Numbered from the stretch's first letter, positions 1 through 10,823 are shown. The stretch is DNA of 64,000 nucleotides from Myxococcota bacterium (GCA_965250285.1 OZ252299.1:5504001-5568000); one strand, 5' to 3'. The notes: a model not told the origin generated them from the letters alone. A program made the numbers and translations.

Positions 1-592
1 GGCTGCGCGAGGCGCCCGGGTGACGGGCGTGGATTTCTCGCTGCGCTCGATCAAGTACGCACGAGAAGTGGCCCGAGAGAAGAGTCTCGCAATCGACTAC
101 GTCCACCAGAACTACCTCGAGTTCGAAGCTACGGGTTCGTTCGATCTCGTTCTGATGATCATGTGTGACTTCTGCGCACTCAGCCCCGCCCAGCGCAGGC
201 ACATGCTCGCGAAGTTTCGGGACGTGCTTCGGCCCGGTGGTTCGGTTCTGCTCGACGTGTACTCGATGAACGCTTTCCATCAGTGTGAAGAAAGGCAGAC
301 CTTCGAGGTCAACCTGATGGATGGCTTCTGGTCACCGGACGAGTACTACGGGTTCTTGGGGACCTTCAAGTACGAACGCGAAGGGGTCTTGCTCGACAAG
401 TACACGCTGATCGACTCCACGGGCACGCGTGTCGTCTACAACTGGCTGCAGTACTTCAGCGCCACCGCGCTCGAAGCCGAGATCCGTGGTTCGGGCTTCG
501 AGGTCGAGGCGTTCTACGGCGACGTGGCCGGTCGGCCCTTCGACGCGGGCGGCGCCGAGTTCGCCGTCGTCGCGCGAAAGCGACGCGGCTGA
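1..592 (+). CDS. Class I SAM-dependent methyltransferase (5' partial)
   Basis: VTGVDFS, FDLVLMI and LRPGGSVLLD motifs; ORF runs off the window edge. Confidence 0.85.
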   Translation, partial: AARGARVTGVDFSLRSIKYAREVAREKSLAIDYVHQNYLEFEATGSFDLVLMIMCDFCALSPAQRRHMLAKFRDVLRPGGSVLLDVYSMNAFHQCEERQTFEVNLMDGFWSPDEYYGFLGTFKYEREGVLLDKYTLIDSTGTRVVYNWLQYFSATALEAEIRGSGFEVEAFYGDVAGRPFDAGGAEFAVVARKRRG

Positions 593-720
593 GAGGCAAA
601 GGGCGAGAGGGGGTCTCGACGCGTAGCCGCGTGGTAGGATCCTGCGTGTCGGCAGGCTAAAAGTGGCTATGCCATCGCTACGCGAGCAGCGGAGCCTCGA
701 TCTCGAGTCAGGAGGTCACG

Positions 721-1218
721 GTGGATCTCGATGCATTGGGCAACATCGGCGACTTCGTGGGCGGCCTCGCCGTCGTCGTCACGCTGATCTATCTCGCTTA
801 TCAGATCCGTCAGAACGGACGGCACGTGGAACAGGCCCTCGAAGTCTCTCGCGCGCAAGCCGTTCGCGAGACGCTGATCAATGATTGGACGCTCGAAGTT
901 GCACGCGACCCTGATTTGGCACGTCTCTACTCACGAGGCCTTCGCGATCCCGAGCAGCTGGCAGAGAATGATCTCGTCCGGTTCCTCTTCTTGATGGGCA
1001 CCGCCTTCGCGACGGTCGAGAAGTGTCTCTTGATGCACCAGCGGGGACTTCTCACCGACGAGCGTTGGAATGCTCAGTTGAGGACGCTCGGCATGTTCCT
1101 CGCCCAGCCGGGTGGCACCTACTACTGGAAGCGGTTCAGCTCGATGCATACGAGTGCCTTTGCGAGCGTGGTCGAGCAGGTCGCTCCAGGGATCGAGGCC
1201 TCGCTGCCCGCTGCGTAG
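721..1218 (+). CDS. Uncharacterised N-terminally anchored helical protein (family A, copy 1)
   Basis: GGAGG RBS; N-terminus DALGNIGDFVGGLAVVVTLIYLAYQIRQN; C-terminal PGGxxYW. Confidence 0.85.
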   Translation: MDLDALGNIGDFVGGLAVVVTLIYLAYQIRQNGRHVEQALEVSRAQAVRETLINDWTLEVARDPDLARLYSRGLRDPEQLAENDLVRFLFLMGTAFATVEKCLLMHQRGLLTDERWNAQLRTLGMFLAQPGGTYYWKRFSSMHTSAFASVVEQVAPGIEASLPAA

Positions 1219-1292
1219 TGCGGCAACCTTGCCAACGTCGAACGCTCGATGGTCGAGCGGGACGCGATGGCTCGACGAGGACTCGATCTGCC

Positions 1293-1739
1293 ATGCGAGA
1301 ATCGATCTCGGGCGGGTGTCTCTGTGGTGACGTTCGGTTCGAAGTCGTCGATCCTCCTGGCTCGGCATACCTCTGCCACTGCCGAAATTGCCAGAAGGCG
1401 CACGCCGCTCCCTATGCTGCTTTGATCATCGTTCAGCCAGCGCAGCTTCGACTCACTCGGGGTTCGCCGGTTCGCTACGAGCGCACGTCGGATAGCGGCA
1501 ACATGACTTTCCGTGAGTTCTGCGGCACGTGTGGCTCGCAGCTCTTCTCTGGCAACGTCGCCTTCGAGCAATTCAAAGCCGTGAAGATCATGACGTTCGA
1601 CGATCCGAATCGGATCGAACCCGATCGACACGTGTGGGTCGAGAGCGCCGTCGACTGGGTGTGCATGAACGACGGATTGCCCCGGATGGCCCAGCAACAA
1701 TCGACGGATGACTTCGTCGACGACCTGCCCGCGCCGTAG
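1293..1739 (+). CDS. GFA (CENP-V/Gfa) family zinc protein
   Basis: GGCLCG, CHCRNCQK and FCGTCGS motifs. Confidence 0.9.
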   Translation: MRESISGGCLCGDVRFEVVDPPGSAYLCHCRNCQKAHAAPYAALIIVQPAQLRLTRGSPVRYERTSDSGNMTFREFCGTCGSQLFSGNVAFEQFKAVKIMTFDDPNRIEPDRHVWVESAVDWVCMNDGLPRMAQQQSTDDFVDDLPAP

Positions 1740-2003
1740 AGCATGTTGCCCGTTCGTCGGCGCCGGCGGAGTCGGGCGGGATGCGATCGGTGCTCTCGAA
1801 GCCGGGCGGCTCCGGTCGCGCTCTGACCGTGCCGCTCGCGCTCGCGGCCGAGCAGGGTGGGCGGCCATACCGCGAGCCATCCCTCCTGTCTCACCGCGAC
1901 TTCTCGGCGACCCACCCGTGGTACGCTTCGCGTCTCCTTCGCGCCGATCGATTCGTCGGGAGCCCGGGACGAATCAAGTGGCGCCGACCGACGGGTGGCG
2001 CAC

Positions 2004-2477
2004 GTGTCGATCCAGGATCTCGGCAGTATCGGGGAGCTGGTCGCTGCCATCGCGACGGTGGTGACGCTCGTGTATCTGGCGATCCAGATTCGTGCGAACA
2101 CGCGCGCGCTCCGCTCGGAATCGAGGCGACATGAGCAGCAGGCCTCGAATCCGTTCTTGATGGCGATCGTCGAAAACGAAGATGTTGCGCGGCTCTTCGT
2201 TGCGGCTCTGTCTGATCCCGACTCGCTTTCGCCCGAAGACTCGGTGCGCTTCTCCCTCCTGCTTGGCCAGCATGTCGGGGCGGCAGCGCAGCATTACGAC
2301 GAGATCCTGCTCGGCTCGGCGTCCCGCTCGACGCTGGCCCGCCGAAGCCGGAGCATTGGAGTGTTCCTGAACACGCGGGGCGGGCGCCGGTTCTGGTCGC
2401 AGTACGCAGACCAGTACCCGGACGAGTTCCGCGAGTACGTCGAGAAGGAAGTCCTCAGGCGCTCGACGGTTGCGTGA
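2004..2477 (+). CDS. Family A protein, copy 2
   Basis: IQDLGSIGELVAAIATVVTLVYLAIQIRAN; GGRRFW; GTG start inferred from paralogues. Confidence 0.8.
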   Translation: MSIQDLGSIGELVAAIATVVTLVYLAIQIRANTRALRSESRRHEQQASNPFLMAIVENEDVARLFVAALSDPDSLSPEDSVRFSLLLGQHVGAAAQHYDEILLGSASRSTLARRSRSIGVFLNTRGGRRFWSQYADQYPDEFREYVEKEVLRRSTVA

Positions 2478-2684
2478 TCACATGGCAGTTTCGACCTGTC
2501 AGCGACTCGAACCGGAGCCTCTCTCGACTGCGCCGGATCTGGTCGGGGGAGGTCCCCTGCGCGCACACCGGACGCGAGCTATTTGGGGTCTTGGGCTCGA
2601 GGTCGCCTCGGGCTCGATGGCTGCGGGCGAAGCGGGCCCGCGATCAGGCTGCACCGATCGGGCGCCAAGCCGTGGGAGATCGTC

Positions 2685-3195
2685 GTGAGCGCACTCGCAA
2701 GGCTCGCATTCGTGCTGCTCGGCCTCTATCTGATGCTTGCGCCTTTCGGTGCGATCTTCTCGACGCTCCTGATCTTTCAGCAGTCTCCAGAGTTCGCCGA
2801 TCGGGGCGAGATCGAGGTCTGGCTGGTGGCGTGGTACGTGTTTCTGGTCGCCGCGCCGGGTGTCTTTCTGGTCGTGCGGGCGCAACGGATCGCGGAGTGG
2901 CTCTTCCCCGACGAGCCTCCCATCGACTCGGATGTCTCTTTTCGCACCGTCCTCCCGGCGCTCGTCGCGGCCGTTGGGATCTGGTTCGTGATCACGGGGA
3001 GCCATGGCTTCGCCGCCAAGCTGTACGCGATCGTCGTACCGGTGCCCGGTTTCGAACAGCTCTCGGGGTGGAGCGCGTGGGGAGTGGGCGACCTCACGAG
3101 CGCGGCCGTTCAGATCGGCATCGGGGTCTTCCTGGCTCTGCGCGCGCGCGGTCGCAGCGTTCCTGGCGCGCGAAGGTCGGTCTTCAGGAGACTGA
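2685..3195 (+). pseudogene. Membrane protein with apparent frameshift near 3150
   Basis: GGAG RBS and GTG start; about 4 TM segments; natural C-terminus (AVAAFLAREGRSSGD*) lies in another frame after a (CG)5 run. Confidence 0.6.
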
Positions 3196-3325
3196 CGTCC
3201 TGTTGCATCTGGCTCGCTCGCTCTGTCTCGCGAGAGGGGCGTGGTAGAGTCGAGTCGTCCAAGGCGTCATCGCCGCAGTGCTCAAGGCCGTTTGCCATTG
3301 AACGACGCCCCCTCGGTGGCAGGAG

Positions 3326-3640
3326 GTGGCCATCAGTCGGTACAAGTTCAAGCTGCCGACGAAAGGCACGCGGCGTCGTCGCTTGAAGTCGGATCGAACG
3401 CGGCTGACCTCACTCGGCGATCCGAATGCACCGCCGTCGCCCGATGGCCAACGCCCCGATGCGCTCCATGATGTGGCCTGGCGCGTACCGAGCTTCTCTG
3501 AGCTGCTCGCGTTCCTGATCATCGTCAGCGTGTTTGCGATCATCGTCGCGACGGCGACGTGCCCGGGCGAGCACATGTCGCTGCCGAAGGGGCCGACCGA
3601 CCAACCGGCCGAGCTCGTCAATGGCGAGGAGATGCGTTGA
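3326..3640 (+). CDS. Hypothetical single-TM protein
   Basis: One hydrophobic segment; stop overlaps the next ATG (TGATG). Confidence 0.5.
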   Translation: MAISRYKFKLPTKGTRRRRLKSDRTRLTSLGDPNAPPSPDGQRPDALHDVAWRVPSFSELLAFLIIVSVFAIIVATATCPGEHMSLPKGPTDQPAELVNGEEMR

Positions 3641-4545
3641 TGCGCCTGCACGCGCTCGTTCTGGTCGGCCTCGCGGCTTGGTCCTGCTCGGCCTTCGAGA
3701 CTCGGCCGGCCGAAGGGAACCCCCCGCCCGAGTCGACCGCCGAGGTGGTTGCGATCGGTGATGTCGAGTGGGAGGCGCTCAACCCGGCAAGGGGCGATCA
3801 GAGCCCGAGGGCCGGCACGCTCTGGGGCGATCGCAACGCCGCCGTGCCCACGGGCTTTCTCGCTCGCTTCGAGGATGGCTTTTCGTCGCCGCCCCACATT
3901 CACAACGCGACCTACCGGGCCGTCGTGATCAGTGGGCTCATTCACAACGATGATCCCGAGGCCGCACCGATGTGGACGCCCGCTGGATCGTTCTGGACGC
4001 AGCCCAAGGGCGAGGTACACATCACCGCCGCCCAGGGCGCGAACAACATGGCGCTGGTCGAGATCGACGAGGGCCCGTACCTCGTCCGCCCGCCCAGCGA
4101 GGCCTTCGACCCCGGCGAGCGGCCCGTCAACCTCGACGTGTCGAACATCGTCTGGGTGACGCCCCTGGGCATGCCCGCTACAGCCGGCGGGCCAAAGCAG
4201 GCCTTCTTGTGGGGCCGCCTCGAACCGGGTGAGTCGAATGGCACCTTCCTCTCGCTGCCAGCAGGCTTCGAGGGGGCGATTCACAGTCGGGGCGACACGT
4301 TTCGGGCGGTCGTCATCCGGGGCCGACTGCAGGTCGGCGAAGCGGGGGGCGCTTCGCTCGAGCCTGGCAGCTACTTCGGCTCGAGGGGCGATGCGCTTCA
4401 TCGCGTCGCGGCGGCCCCCGGTGGCGACAGCGTGCTCTACATCCGAACCGATGGCGCATATGAGATCGTGCACCCGGATGGGCGCACGTCGGCCGCGTCG
4501 AATCGGTCGCCGGCGACTGAACGTGCGGCGGCGTCTGGCGAATGA
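3640..4545 (+). CDS. DUF4437 cupin-like lipoprotein
   Basis: Signal/lipobox; [28 protein letters not shown] and GSFWTQP motifs. Confidence 0.85.
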   Translation: MRLHALVLVGLAAWSCSAFETRPAEGNPPPESTAEVVAIGDVEWEALNPARGDQSPRAGTLWGDRNAAVPTGFLARFEDGFSSPPHIHNATYRAVVISGLIHNDDPEAAPMWTPAGSFWTQPKGEVHITAAQGANNMALVEIDEGPYLVRPPSEAFDPGERPVNLDVSNIVWVTPLGMPATAGGPKQAFLWGRLEPGESNGTFLSLPAGFEGAIHSRGDTFRAVVIRGRLQVGEAGGASLEPGSYFGSRGDALHRVAAAPGGDSVLYIRTDGAYEIVHPDGRTSAASNRSPATERAAASGE

Positions 4546-4591
4546 AGGTGGGTGGACACGCGCCTTTCTTCGAACGCATGGGGTGGCCTGA

Positions 4592-5353
4592 ATGACCGAT
4601 CGAGTCGCACGCATTCGGGCGCTTCTGAAGGGCATCGAGACCGGTGACCCCGACGCGGTCTCGGTGATCAGCCCGGCGCAGTACATTCAGCACAACCCGC
4701 AAACGCAGACGGGGCGCGAGGGGCTCGCCGCGCTCTTTGCGCGTCTGTCGAAGACGGCGCCGCGGGTCAACGTGGTTCGGGCGTTCGCCGACGGTGACTT
4801 CGTCTTCGGTCACACCGAGTACGACTTCGCGACCCGCCGAATCGGCTTCGAGGTGTTTCGTTTCGAGGGCGACTTTGCCGTCGAGCATTGGGACAACATT
4901 CAGCCGCGGCAGGGGCCCAACGCGTCGGGCCGAAGCATGGTCGATGGCCCGACGCGAGCGATCGACCTCGACCGAACCGAATCGAACCGTGCCCTGGTTC
5001 GGGCGTTCATCGAAGACGTTCGGATCGCGGGCGATACCGATCGACTCGACCGATTCATCCACGCACGTCACTACGCCGAGCACAGCCCAGACGCGGCCGA
5101 CGGCATCGCGTCATTGCGCGCGCGACTCGAAGGCGCGGCGAGCGGGTTGGATGCGGTGGCGTACACCCGACTTCACCGCACGCTGGCGTGCGGCAACTTC
5201 GTGCTCACGGTGTGCGAAGGCTCGCGCTCGGCGGTGCACACCGCGTTCTACGACCTCTACCGCGCCGAGGCCGACCAGATCGTGGAGCATTGGGATACCG
5301 TCGAAGCCGTCGCACCGCCCGAAGAGTGGGAGCACGACAACGGCAAGTTCTGA
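4592..5353 (+). CDS. Tandem SnoaL/NTF2-like domain protein
   Basis: YIQHNP and two VEHWD motifs; ends NGKF. Confidence 0.85.
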   Translation: MTDRVARIRALLKGIETGDPDAVSVISPAQYIQHNPQTQTGREGLAALFARLSKTAPRVNVVRAFADGDFVFGHTEYDFATRRIGFEVFRFEGDFAVEHWDNIQPRQGPNASGRSMVDGPTRAIDLDRTESNRALVRAFIEDVRIAGDTDRLDRFIHARHYAEHSPDAADGIASLRARLEGAASGLDAVAYTRLHRTLACGNFVLTVCEGSRSAVHTAFYDLYRAEADQIVEHWDTVEAVAPPEEWEHDNGKF

Positions 5354-5524
5354 CCGGATCGTCGGTGCCTTGTCGTATTCGCCCGAAAGCTTCGCGACGC
5401 CCGGGCTTGGTTCGATCGGCATCGCGTTATTGAGAGGGCGCGTGGTCGAGTCGCGCTCGTCATTCTCATGGCGCTGATCCCCCTCGCGGTCATCCTGCGC
5501 GGCGGCGACGCTGAGCAGGCCTAG
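5354..5524 (+). pseudogene. Startless C-terminal remnant of a membrane protein (possibly LysE-like)
   Basis: Stop-free 56 codons LVVFARKLRDARAWFDRHRVIERARGRVALVILMALIPLAVIL with no start or RBS. Confidence 0.35.
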
Positions 5525-5574
5525 TCCGGGTTCGACGAGCCTCGCATCGCCGACTCGACCGAGACGAGGCGAGG

Positions 5575-5608
5575 TCGCGCCCCGTGCCGGCATCGGCACG
5601 GGGCGCGA
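5575..5608. terminator. Perfect 15-bp hairpin (terminator- or REP-like)
   Basis: TCGCGCCCCGTGCCG-GCAT-CGGCACGGGGCGCGA; no U-tract. Confidence 0.5.
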
Positions 5609-5763
5609 TCGGGTCCGACGCACGCCGCCGAGCGCGCCGGGGCTTCGGCGAGACCGGGCCGTGATAGAATGTCGGGGTGTGAGGCGTTCGCAGCCGACGT
5701 GCCAGATCGGTGCCCGTCATCGCAAGGCGGTCGCTGCCCAGCGAACCAACCCAGGAGACACTC

Positions 5764-5997
5764 GTGGCCAAGACGCTTTCTCTCATGCTCGGCGTGCTCG
5801 CCTTGCTCGTCACCCCGCTCGCGGCCGCGGCGCACGGCGGCCACGGTGCGTCGCATCCCGGCGACAGCGCTGCGCACTATCTCACCGAGCCCGAACACGT
5901 GCTCGTCACGTTGCTCGCCATCGGCCTCGCGGGCGTCGGCGTGGCCTTTCTCGGCCGGCTGCGACCGCTGCGCTCGACGCGGGACGATCGTCGCTAG
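5764..5997 (+). CDS. Small His-rich membrane protein
   Basis: AGGAGA RBS and GTG start; signal peptide, AHGGHGASH, one TM segment. Confidence 0.7.
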   Translation: MAKTLSLMLGVLALLVTPLAAAAHGGHGASHPGDSAAHYLTEPEHVLVTLLAIGLAGVGVAFLGRLRPLRSTRDDRR

Positions 5998-6018
5998 TCG
6001 GCCGCTCCGGCCGCTGAT

Positions 6019-6426
6019 GTGGTCCGCCGCGCCCTCGTCTATTTCGCCTGTGCCTTCGGGTTGGGCTTCGTGCTCGGGGCGATCCGCGTCCCTTGGCTGG
6101 TGCCCCGGGTCGGCGAACGCGCGGCCGAGCTCATCGAGACGCCGATCATGTGGGCCGGCCTCTTCTTCATCGCGCGTTGGCTGATCCGCCGGTATCCGGC
6201 GCCGCGGCGCCTGCACCACCTCGGGTCGGGCGTGCTCGCCCTCGCGTTGATGATCGCGATCGAGTTCACGGTCGTCTTGTGGCTTCGGGGCCTCACGCTG
6301 TTGGACTACGTCGAGACGCGTGACCCGATCGCTGGATGGGTCTACGTCGTCTCGCTGGGGCTCTTCGCCGTCCTGCCGTGGGTACTTGCGAGGTCGAGTG
6401 GGCGCAGCGGCTCGGCGGAGGCCTGA
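6019..6426 (+). CDS. Four-TM hypothetical membrane protein
   Basis: GFVLGAIRVPWLVPRVGERAAELIE; four hydrophobic helices. Confidence 0.75.
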   Translation: MVRRALVYFACAFGLGFVLGAIRVPWLVPRVGERAAELIETPIMWAGLFFIARWLIRRYPAPRRLHHLGSGVLALALMIAIEFTVVLWLRGLTLLDYVETRDPIAGWVYVVSLGLFAVLPWVLARSSGRSGSAEA

Positions 6427-6520
6427 AGCTCGGCGGCGGCCCGTGTCGTCGGACCGCGCCGTGATAGCATCGTGACATTCGAGATGGTCTGATCCACCAA
6501 GCCGGATCCACGGGAGTTCG

Positions 6521-7027
6521 ATGCTCGACGCGCTCGGCAACATCGGTGACTTCATCGGGGGCATCGCGGTCGTGGTGACGCTCGTCTACCTGGCTGTGCA
6601 GGTGCGACAGAACACGCGCGCCGTCGATACGGCGAGCCGACAGGAGATCGTCGCCGGCTTCAGGTCGCACAATCGTCTCTATCTCGAGCCCGGGGCCAGC
6701 AACGCGTTCACGGCCGGCATGCGTCGCTATCCCGATCTGCCGCAAGAGCAGCTGAATCTGTATACGGCGATCCAGACCGATCACGCGCTCTTCTTTCAAG
6801 GGGCGTTCGCTCTGCACGAGGCCGGCACGCTCGAAGACGAGACCTACGAGGCCTATCTCGCCTACTTCTGCGCCTCGATCGCGACGCCCGGGGGCGCCCG
6901 GTGGTGGTCGGAGATCGGTCCGATCTTCACGCGGCGAATGGCCGAGGCCGTCGACCGTCGGGTCGCGGCGGGCGGGTTGGCCGACCTGCGCTCGCTCGAA
7001 ACGTTCCGCGAGCCGCTGGCCCCCTGA
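6521..7027 (+). CDS. Family A protein, copy 3
   Basis: DALGNIGDFIGGIAVVVTLVYLAVQVRQN; TPGGARWW. Confidence 0.85.
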   Translation: MLDALGNIGDFIGGIAVVVTLVYLAVQVRQNTRAVDTASRQEIVAGFRSHNRLYLEPGASNAFTAGMRRYPDLPQEQLNLYTAIQTDHALFFQGAFALHEAGTLEDETYEAYLAYFCASIATPGGARWWSEIGPIFTRRMAEAVDRRVAAGGLADLRSLETFREPLAP

Positions 7028-7228
7028 CCGATCGGCGAGCCACGTCGCCTGGCGGCCGCGGTTCTGGCCTGGCCTGCCCGCGCCCTCGGCCGATCTCAAC
7101 GGCAGCGCACGGCGCTCCCCATCTGGCGTAGACTCGCCGCAGAACGGGATGCTTGCGTCGTGCAACGCCCGAGCTGCGCGGTCGCACGGTCGCGTCTGCG
7201 CGAATCACCGACCGTGCTGGAGCAACTC

Positions 7229-7909
7229 ATGAGATCCGTCCTGGTCGCCCTCGCGATCCTCGTGCTCGTGCCGGCCTCGGTCGTTCACGCCGCCGACATG
7301 CCGATCTACGTGACGCCGCACTACGACTCGAACGGGCCGGTGGTGCGGGCGGGCGAGTTCAGCGACGGGCTCGCGACCACCGACCCGGCTGTGCTCGCTT
7401 CGACGCTCGCCGAGATGAAGGGCAGCTGGCCGACGCTGCAGGTCGCTCCGATGTACATCGCCGCGATCCGATCGTACGACCTCGGTGACCGCGACGGCGC
7501 CGTCTACTGGTTCTATGCGGCGCAGCATCGCGCGCGCGTCTTTCATGACGGGCTCGACCCCGAGAAGCTGGGGCCGATCGGGTCGCCCGCGTTCGAGCTC
7601 GACGCGGCGCACGGCGCCTTCTTTCAGCTCGCGGGCCAGTTCATCAACGGCTACGCGTTCTGCGATCTCGCGGCGCTCAAGCGCACGCTCGCGCAGGTCG
7701 TGTCGGATAGCGAGGCCACGCCCGACCTGACGAAGGCGTATCCCGATCTCACGTTTCAGGACGCGGCGCGCTTGAATGAGATCTCGGCCGAGACGTCGGC
7801 GGGGCTGCGGGGCTTCATCGACAGCCTCGATGCCGAGTATCCGGCGATCAAGGCCAAGCGAGATGCGTCGGGGGCCACGAAGCGATTCTGTGGGGCCGAT
7901 GCACCGTGA
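7229..7909 (+). CDS. Secreted hypothetical protein
   Basis: GGAG RBS; signal peptide ending VHA; helical domain with AVYWFYAAQ. Confidence 0.75.
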   Translation: MRSVLVALAILVLVPASVVHAADMPIYVTPHYDSNGPVVRAGEFSDGLATTDPAVLASTLAEMKGSWPTLQVAPMYIAAIRSYDLGDRDGAVYWFYAAQHRARVFHDGLDPEKLGPIGSPAFELDAAHGAFFQLAGQFINGYAFCDLAALKRTLAQVVSDSEATPDLTKAYPDLTFQDAARLNEISAETSAGLRGFIDSLDAEYPAIKAKRDASGATKRFCGADAP

Positions 7910-8008
7910 GTCGTCGCAGCGCGTGCGATTCGACGGGCGCGGCGGATGTACTCGACGCCGGTGACGCCGAGGCGCGACCGATGATGACAGGCAACCGAGG
8001 TCAACGTC

Positions 8009-9139
8009 ATGCCTGATTTCATGAGCGATCAGGCGGTGGTGGAGCGGATTCTCTCGCACGTGCGAGCGGGCACGACCGACGCCGGCGACGACGTCTGGCG
8101 AGAGCCGGTCGAGCACTACCGCAGCGAGGCGCGGTTTCAGCAGGAGCTCGCGCTGCTGCGTCGTCTGCCCGTCCCCTTCTGCCCTTCGGCCGCGCTCCGC
8201 AAGCCGGGCGACTACGTCGCGCGCGAGGCCGCGGGCGTCCCCATCCTGGCCGTTCGTGGTGAGGATGGGCAGGTGCACGCCTACCGCAATGCGTGCCGTC
8301 ACCGCGGCGCCGAGGTGGCGAGCGGCATGGGCTGCACCAAGGCGTTCGTCTGCCCGTATCACGGCTGGACGTACCGGCTCGATGGCCGACTCGCGGGTGT
8401 GCCGCACGAGCGCGGGTTTCCCGAGATCGACAAGAGCGCACACGGTCTCGTGCCCGTGCTCGCCCAGGAACGATCGGGGATCGTGTTCATCACGCAGAGC
8501 GGCGAGCCGAGTGCGGACGATCCCGGTGAGGGGCTGCCCGATCTGATCGGCGCCGATCAGGATCTGATCGACACCCACGACAACGAAGCCGACTTCAACT
8601 GGAAGGTCTCGATCGAAGGCTCGATCGAGGGCTATCACATTCGCTACGGGCACCCCGAGACGTTCTATCCCTACGGCTACGACAACCTGAACGTGGTCGA
8701 GCACAGCGGCCGCCACAGCCGCGTGACCTTTCCCTTTCGCCGGATCGAGAAGCTGGCCGACGTGCCCGAGGCCGATCGGCGCATCGAGGGGCGCGTCACC
8801 TACGTCTATCACCTGTTCCCGAACGCACTGGTCACGGTGCTATCGCATCACACGATTCTGGTCGTGCTCGAGCCGATCGCGCCCGGCCGCACGCGCAACG
8901 TCGCGTACTCGCTCGCAGACACCGGCGGTGACCCGGCTGCGATCGAGAAGGCCAAGCGCGACGCCCGGTTCGTGACCGATACCGGCGCGCCCGAAGACCG
9001 AGCGCTCGCAGAGAGCATTCAGCGAAACATGGAGAGCGGTGCGAACGATCACTTCACGTTCGGTCACTTCGAGAGCGCGGTCATCCACTTTCACCGCAAC
9101 CTCCGGGCGGCGCTCGGCGAAGACGACGCGACCGCGTAG
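8009..9139 (+). CDS. Rieske non-heme iron oxygenase alpha subunit
   Basis: CRHRG and CPYHGW Rieske ligands; EGYHIRYGH mononuclear Fe motif. Confidence 0.92.
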   Translation: MPDFMSDQAVVERILSHVRAGTTDAGDDVWREPVEHYRSEARFQQELALLRRLPVPFCPSAALRKPGDYVAREAAGVPILAVRGEDGQVHAYRNACRHRGAEVASGMGCTKAFVCPYHGWTYRLDGRLAGVPHERGFPEIDKSAHGLVPVLAQERSGIVFITQSGEPSADDPGEGLPDLIGADQDLIDTHDNEADFNWKVSIEGSIEGYHIRYGHPETFYPYGYDNLNVVEHSGRHSRVTFPFRRIEKLADVPEADRRIEGRVTYVYHLFPNALVTVLSHHTILVVLEPIAPGRTRNVAYSLADTGGDPAAIEKAKRDARFVTDTGAPEDRALAESIQRNMESGANDHFTFGHFESAVIHFHRNLRAALGEDDATA

Positions 9140-9253
9140 CCGGCCACGCCGACATCGAATGGTGTATCGTGCGTGGCGCCTCCGGCGCCGAGCCGAGAAG
9201 GGGCGCTTCGGCGCGTCGCGAAGCCGGCGAGCCACGATGCGAGAGCGCTTCAC

Positions 9254-9700
9254 ATGAACGTCACCGTGCGGATCATCTTGGCCTGTCTCGCCGGCATCGT
9301 CGCCGGCAGCGCGGTGAACATGGCGATCGTGACGATCGGGCCGATGGTCGTGCCCCCGCCGCCGGGCGTCGACGTGTCGGACGCCGAGGCGCTGGCCCGC
9401 GGCATTCACCTCTTCGAGCCACGGCACTTCGTCGCGCCGTTTCTCGCACATGCGCTCGGGACGCTGATCGGCGCCTTCGTGGCGTTCTGGGTCGTTCCTG
9501 CGCGCGGTCCCCTGGCTGCATTCGTGGTGGGCGGGTTCTTCTTCGTCGGCGGGGTGGCGGCCTCGTCGATGATCCCGGCGCCGGGGTGGTTCATCGCGCT
9601 CGATCTGCTCGGGGCGTACCTGCCGATGGCGTATCTCGGAGCCGTACTGGGGCGGCGCGCGTTGGGGGGCGGTGACGCGAGCGGGGCTGCCACCGATTGA
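9254..9700 (+). CDS. Hypothetical membrane protein
   Basis: Four TM segments; PFLAHALGTL and AYLPMA motifs. Confidence 0.75.
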   Translation: MNVTVRIILACLAGIVAGSAVNMAIVTIGPMVVPPPPGVDVSDAEALARGIHLFEPRHFVAPFLAHALGTLIGAFVAFWVVPARGPLAAFVVGGFFFVGGVAASSMIPAPGWFIALDLLGAYLPMAYLGAVLGRRALGGGDASGAATD

Positions 9701-9852
9701 CGTTCGCGTGAAGGGGTTCGTGCGGCGCTGAGGCGACACCGTGCCGTGATACGTTTCGGATTCTCGCCCGCGCGGGATCGGCCCCCGCGCTTCGGCCCAA
9801 GCTGCTCGGGGCCTGGTTCGGGGGCCTGCGAACTTTGAGGCACGCCCCACCG

Positions 9853-10689
9853 ATGACGCAAACAACCGATCCGTCGAACCCGCCCTACGTGCTGGGGCAT
9901 GCCGAACGTGAGCTCGCTCGACTGCGCCACCAGGCGCGCCTGCTCGAGCCGGTCACGCGAAGCTATCTAGTCGCAGCGGGCGTGGGCCCGGGCATGCGCG
10001 TGCTCGATGTCGGCAGCGGCACCGGCGCGGTGGCCTTTCTCGCGGCCGAGATCGTCGGCGATACCGGCGAGGTGATCGGGACCGATACGGCGCCGACGGC
10101 GATCGCCGAAGCCACTGACGAGGCGCGCAGCCGCGGTCTTGCGCAGGTTTGCTTCGTCGAAGGCGACCCGGCCGAGCTCGAGTTCGAAGGCCGCTTCGAC
10201 GCGGTCGTCGGCCGCTACGTGCTGCCGTTTCAGGCCCAGCCCGCCGTGATGCTGCGCGGTCTCGCCCGGCATCTGCGGCCCGGCGGGCTGCTCGCCTTCC
10301 ACGAGCCCGACTTCGGCGGTGTGAGATCGCTGCCGCCCGTGCCGCTCTACGACCGCGCGTGTCGGTGGATCATCGACACGTCGGCGGCGAGCGGACAATC
10401 GTGGAGCTTTCTCGCGCGGGTCGCGTCGGCGTTCGCTGACGCGCAGCTGCCGGCGCCCACGGTGCGTATGCAGACGCTCGTCGCGCGGCCCTCGCACGCA
10501 GAGGAGTGGCTGACCGCCGTCGCGTACATGGTCGAGTCGCTGCTGCCCGCCATGGAGCGGCACGGCATCGCGACCGCAGAAGAGGTCGATCTGCCGACCC
10601 TGCGCGACCGCTTGAGTGAGGCGGTCACTGCTGCGGACGGCGTCGTCGTCGGGCGATCCGAGCTCGGCATCTGGGCGCGCGTTAACTGA
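9853..10689 (+). CDS. Class I SAM-dependent methyltransferase
   Basis: VLDVGSGTG motif I; FDAVVGR; LRPGG. Confidence 0.9.
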   Translation: MTQTTDPSNPPYVLGHAERELARLRHQARLLEPVTRSYLVAAGVGPGMRVLDVGSGTGAVAFLAAEIVGDTGEVIGTDTAPTAIAEATDEARSRGLAQVCFVEGDPAELEFEGRFDAVVGRYVLPFQAQPAVMLRGLARHLRPGGLLAFHEPDFGGVRSLPPVPLYDRACRWIIDTSAASGQSWSFLARVASAFADAQLPAPTVRMQTLVARPSHAEEWLTAVAYMVESLLPAMERHGIATAEEVDLPTLRDRLSEAVTAADGVVVGRSELGIWARVN

Positions 10690-10823
10690 GGCACGTCTCG
10701 GACGGGTTTCAGACGCGGTTTCGTGTCGTATGGGGTGAACGCCTGCGTGATAGACTCGAAGGCACGGGTGGAGCTGTGTGTCAATCCGTCTGCTTCCGCC
10801 CCTCGCATCTGGAGGAGCCCTGC

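Noticed and set aside
5351..5524. Selenocysteine or stop readthrough at TGA 5351 (open in-frame extension)
   Set aside because: The upstream protein ends naturally at NGKF, the position is not a Cys-type site, and the extension looks like an unrelated membrane-protein remnant.
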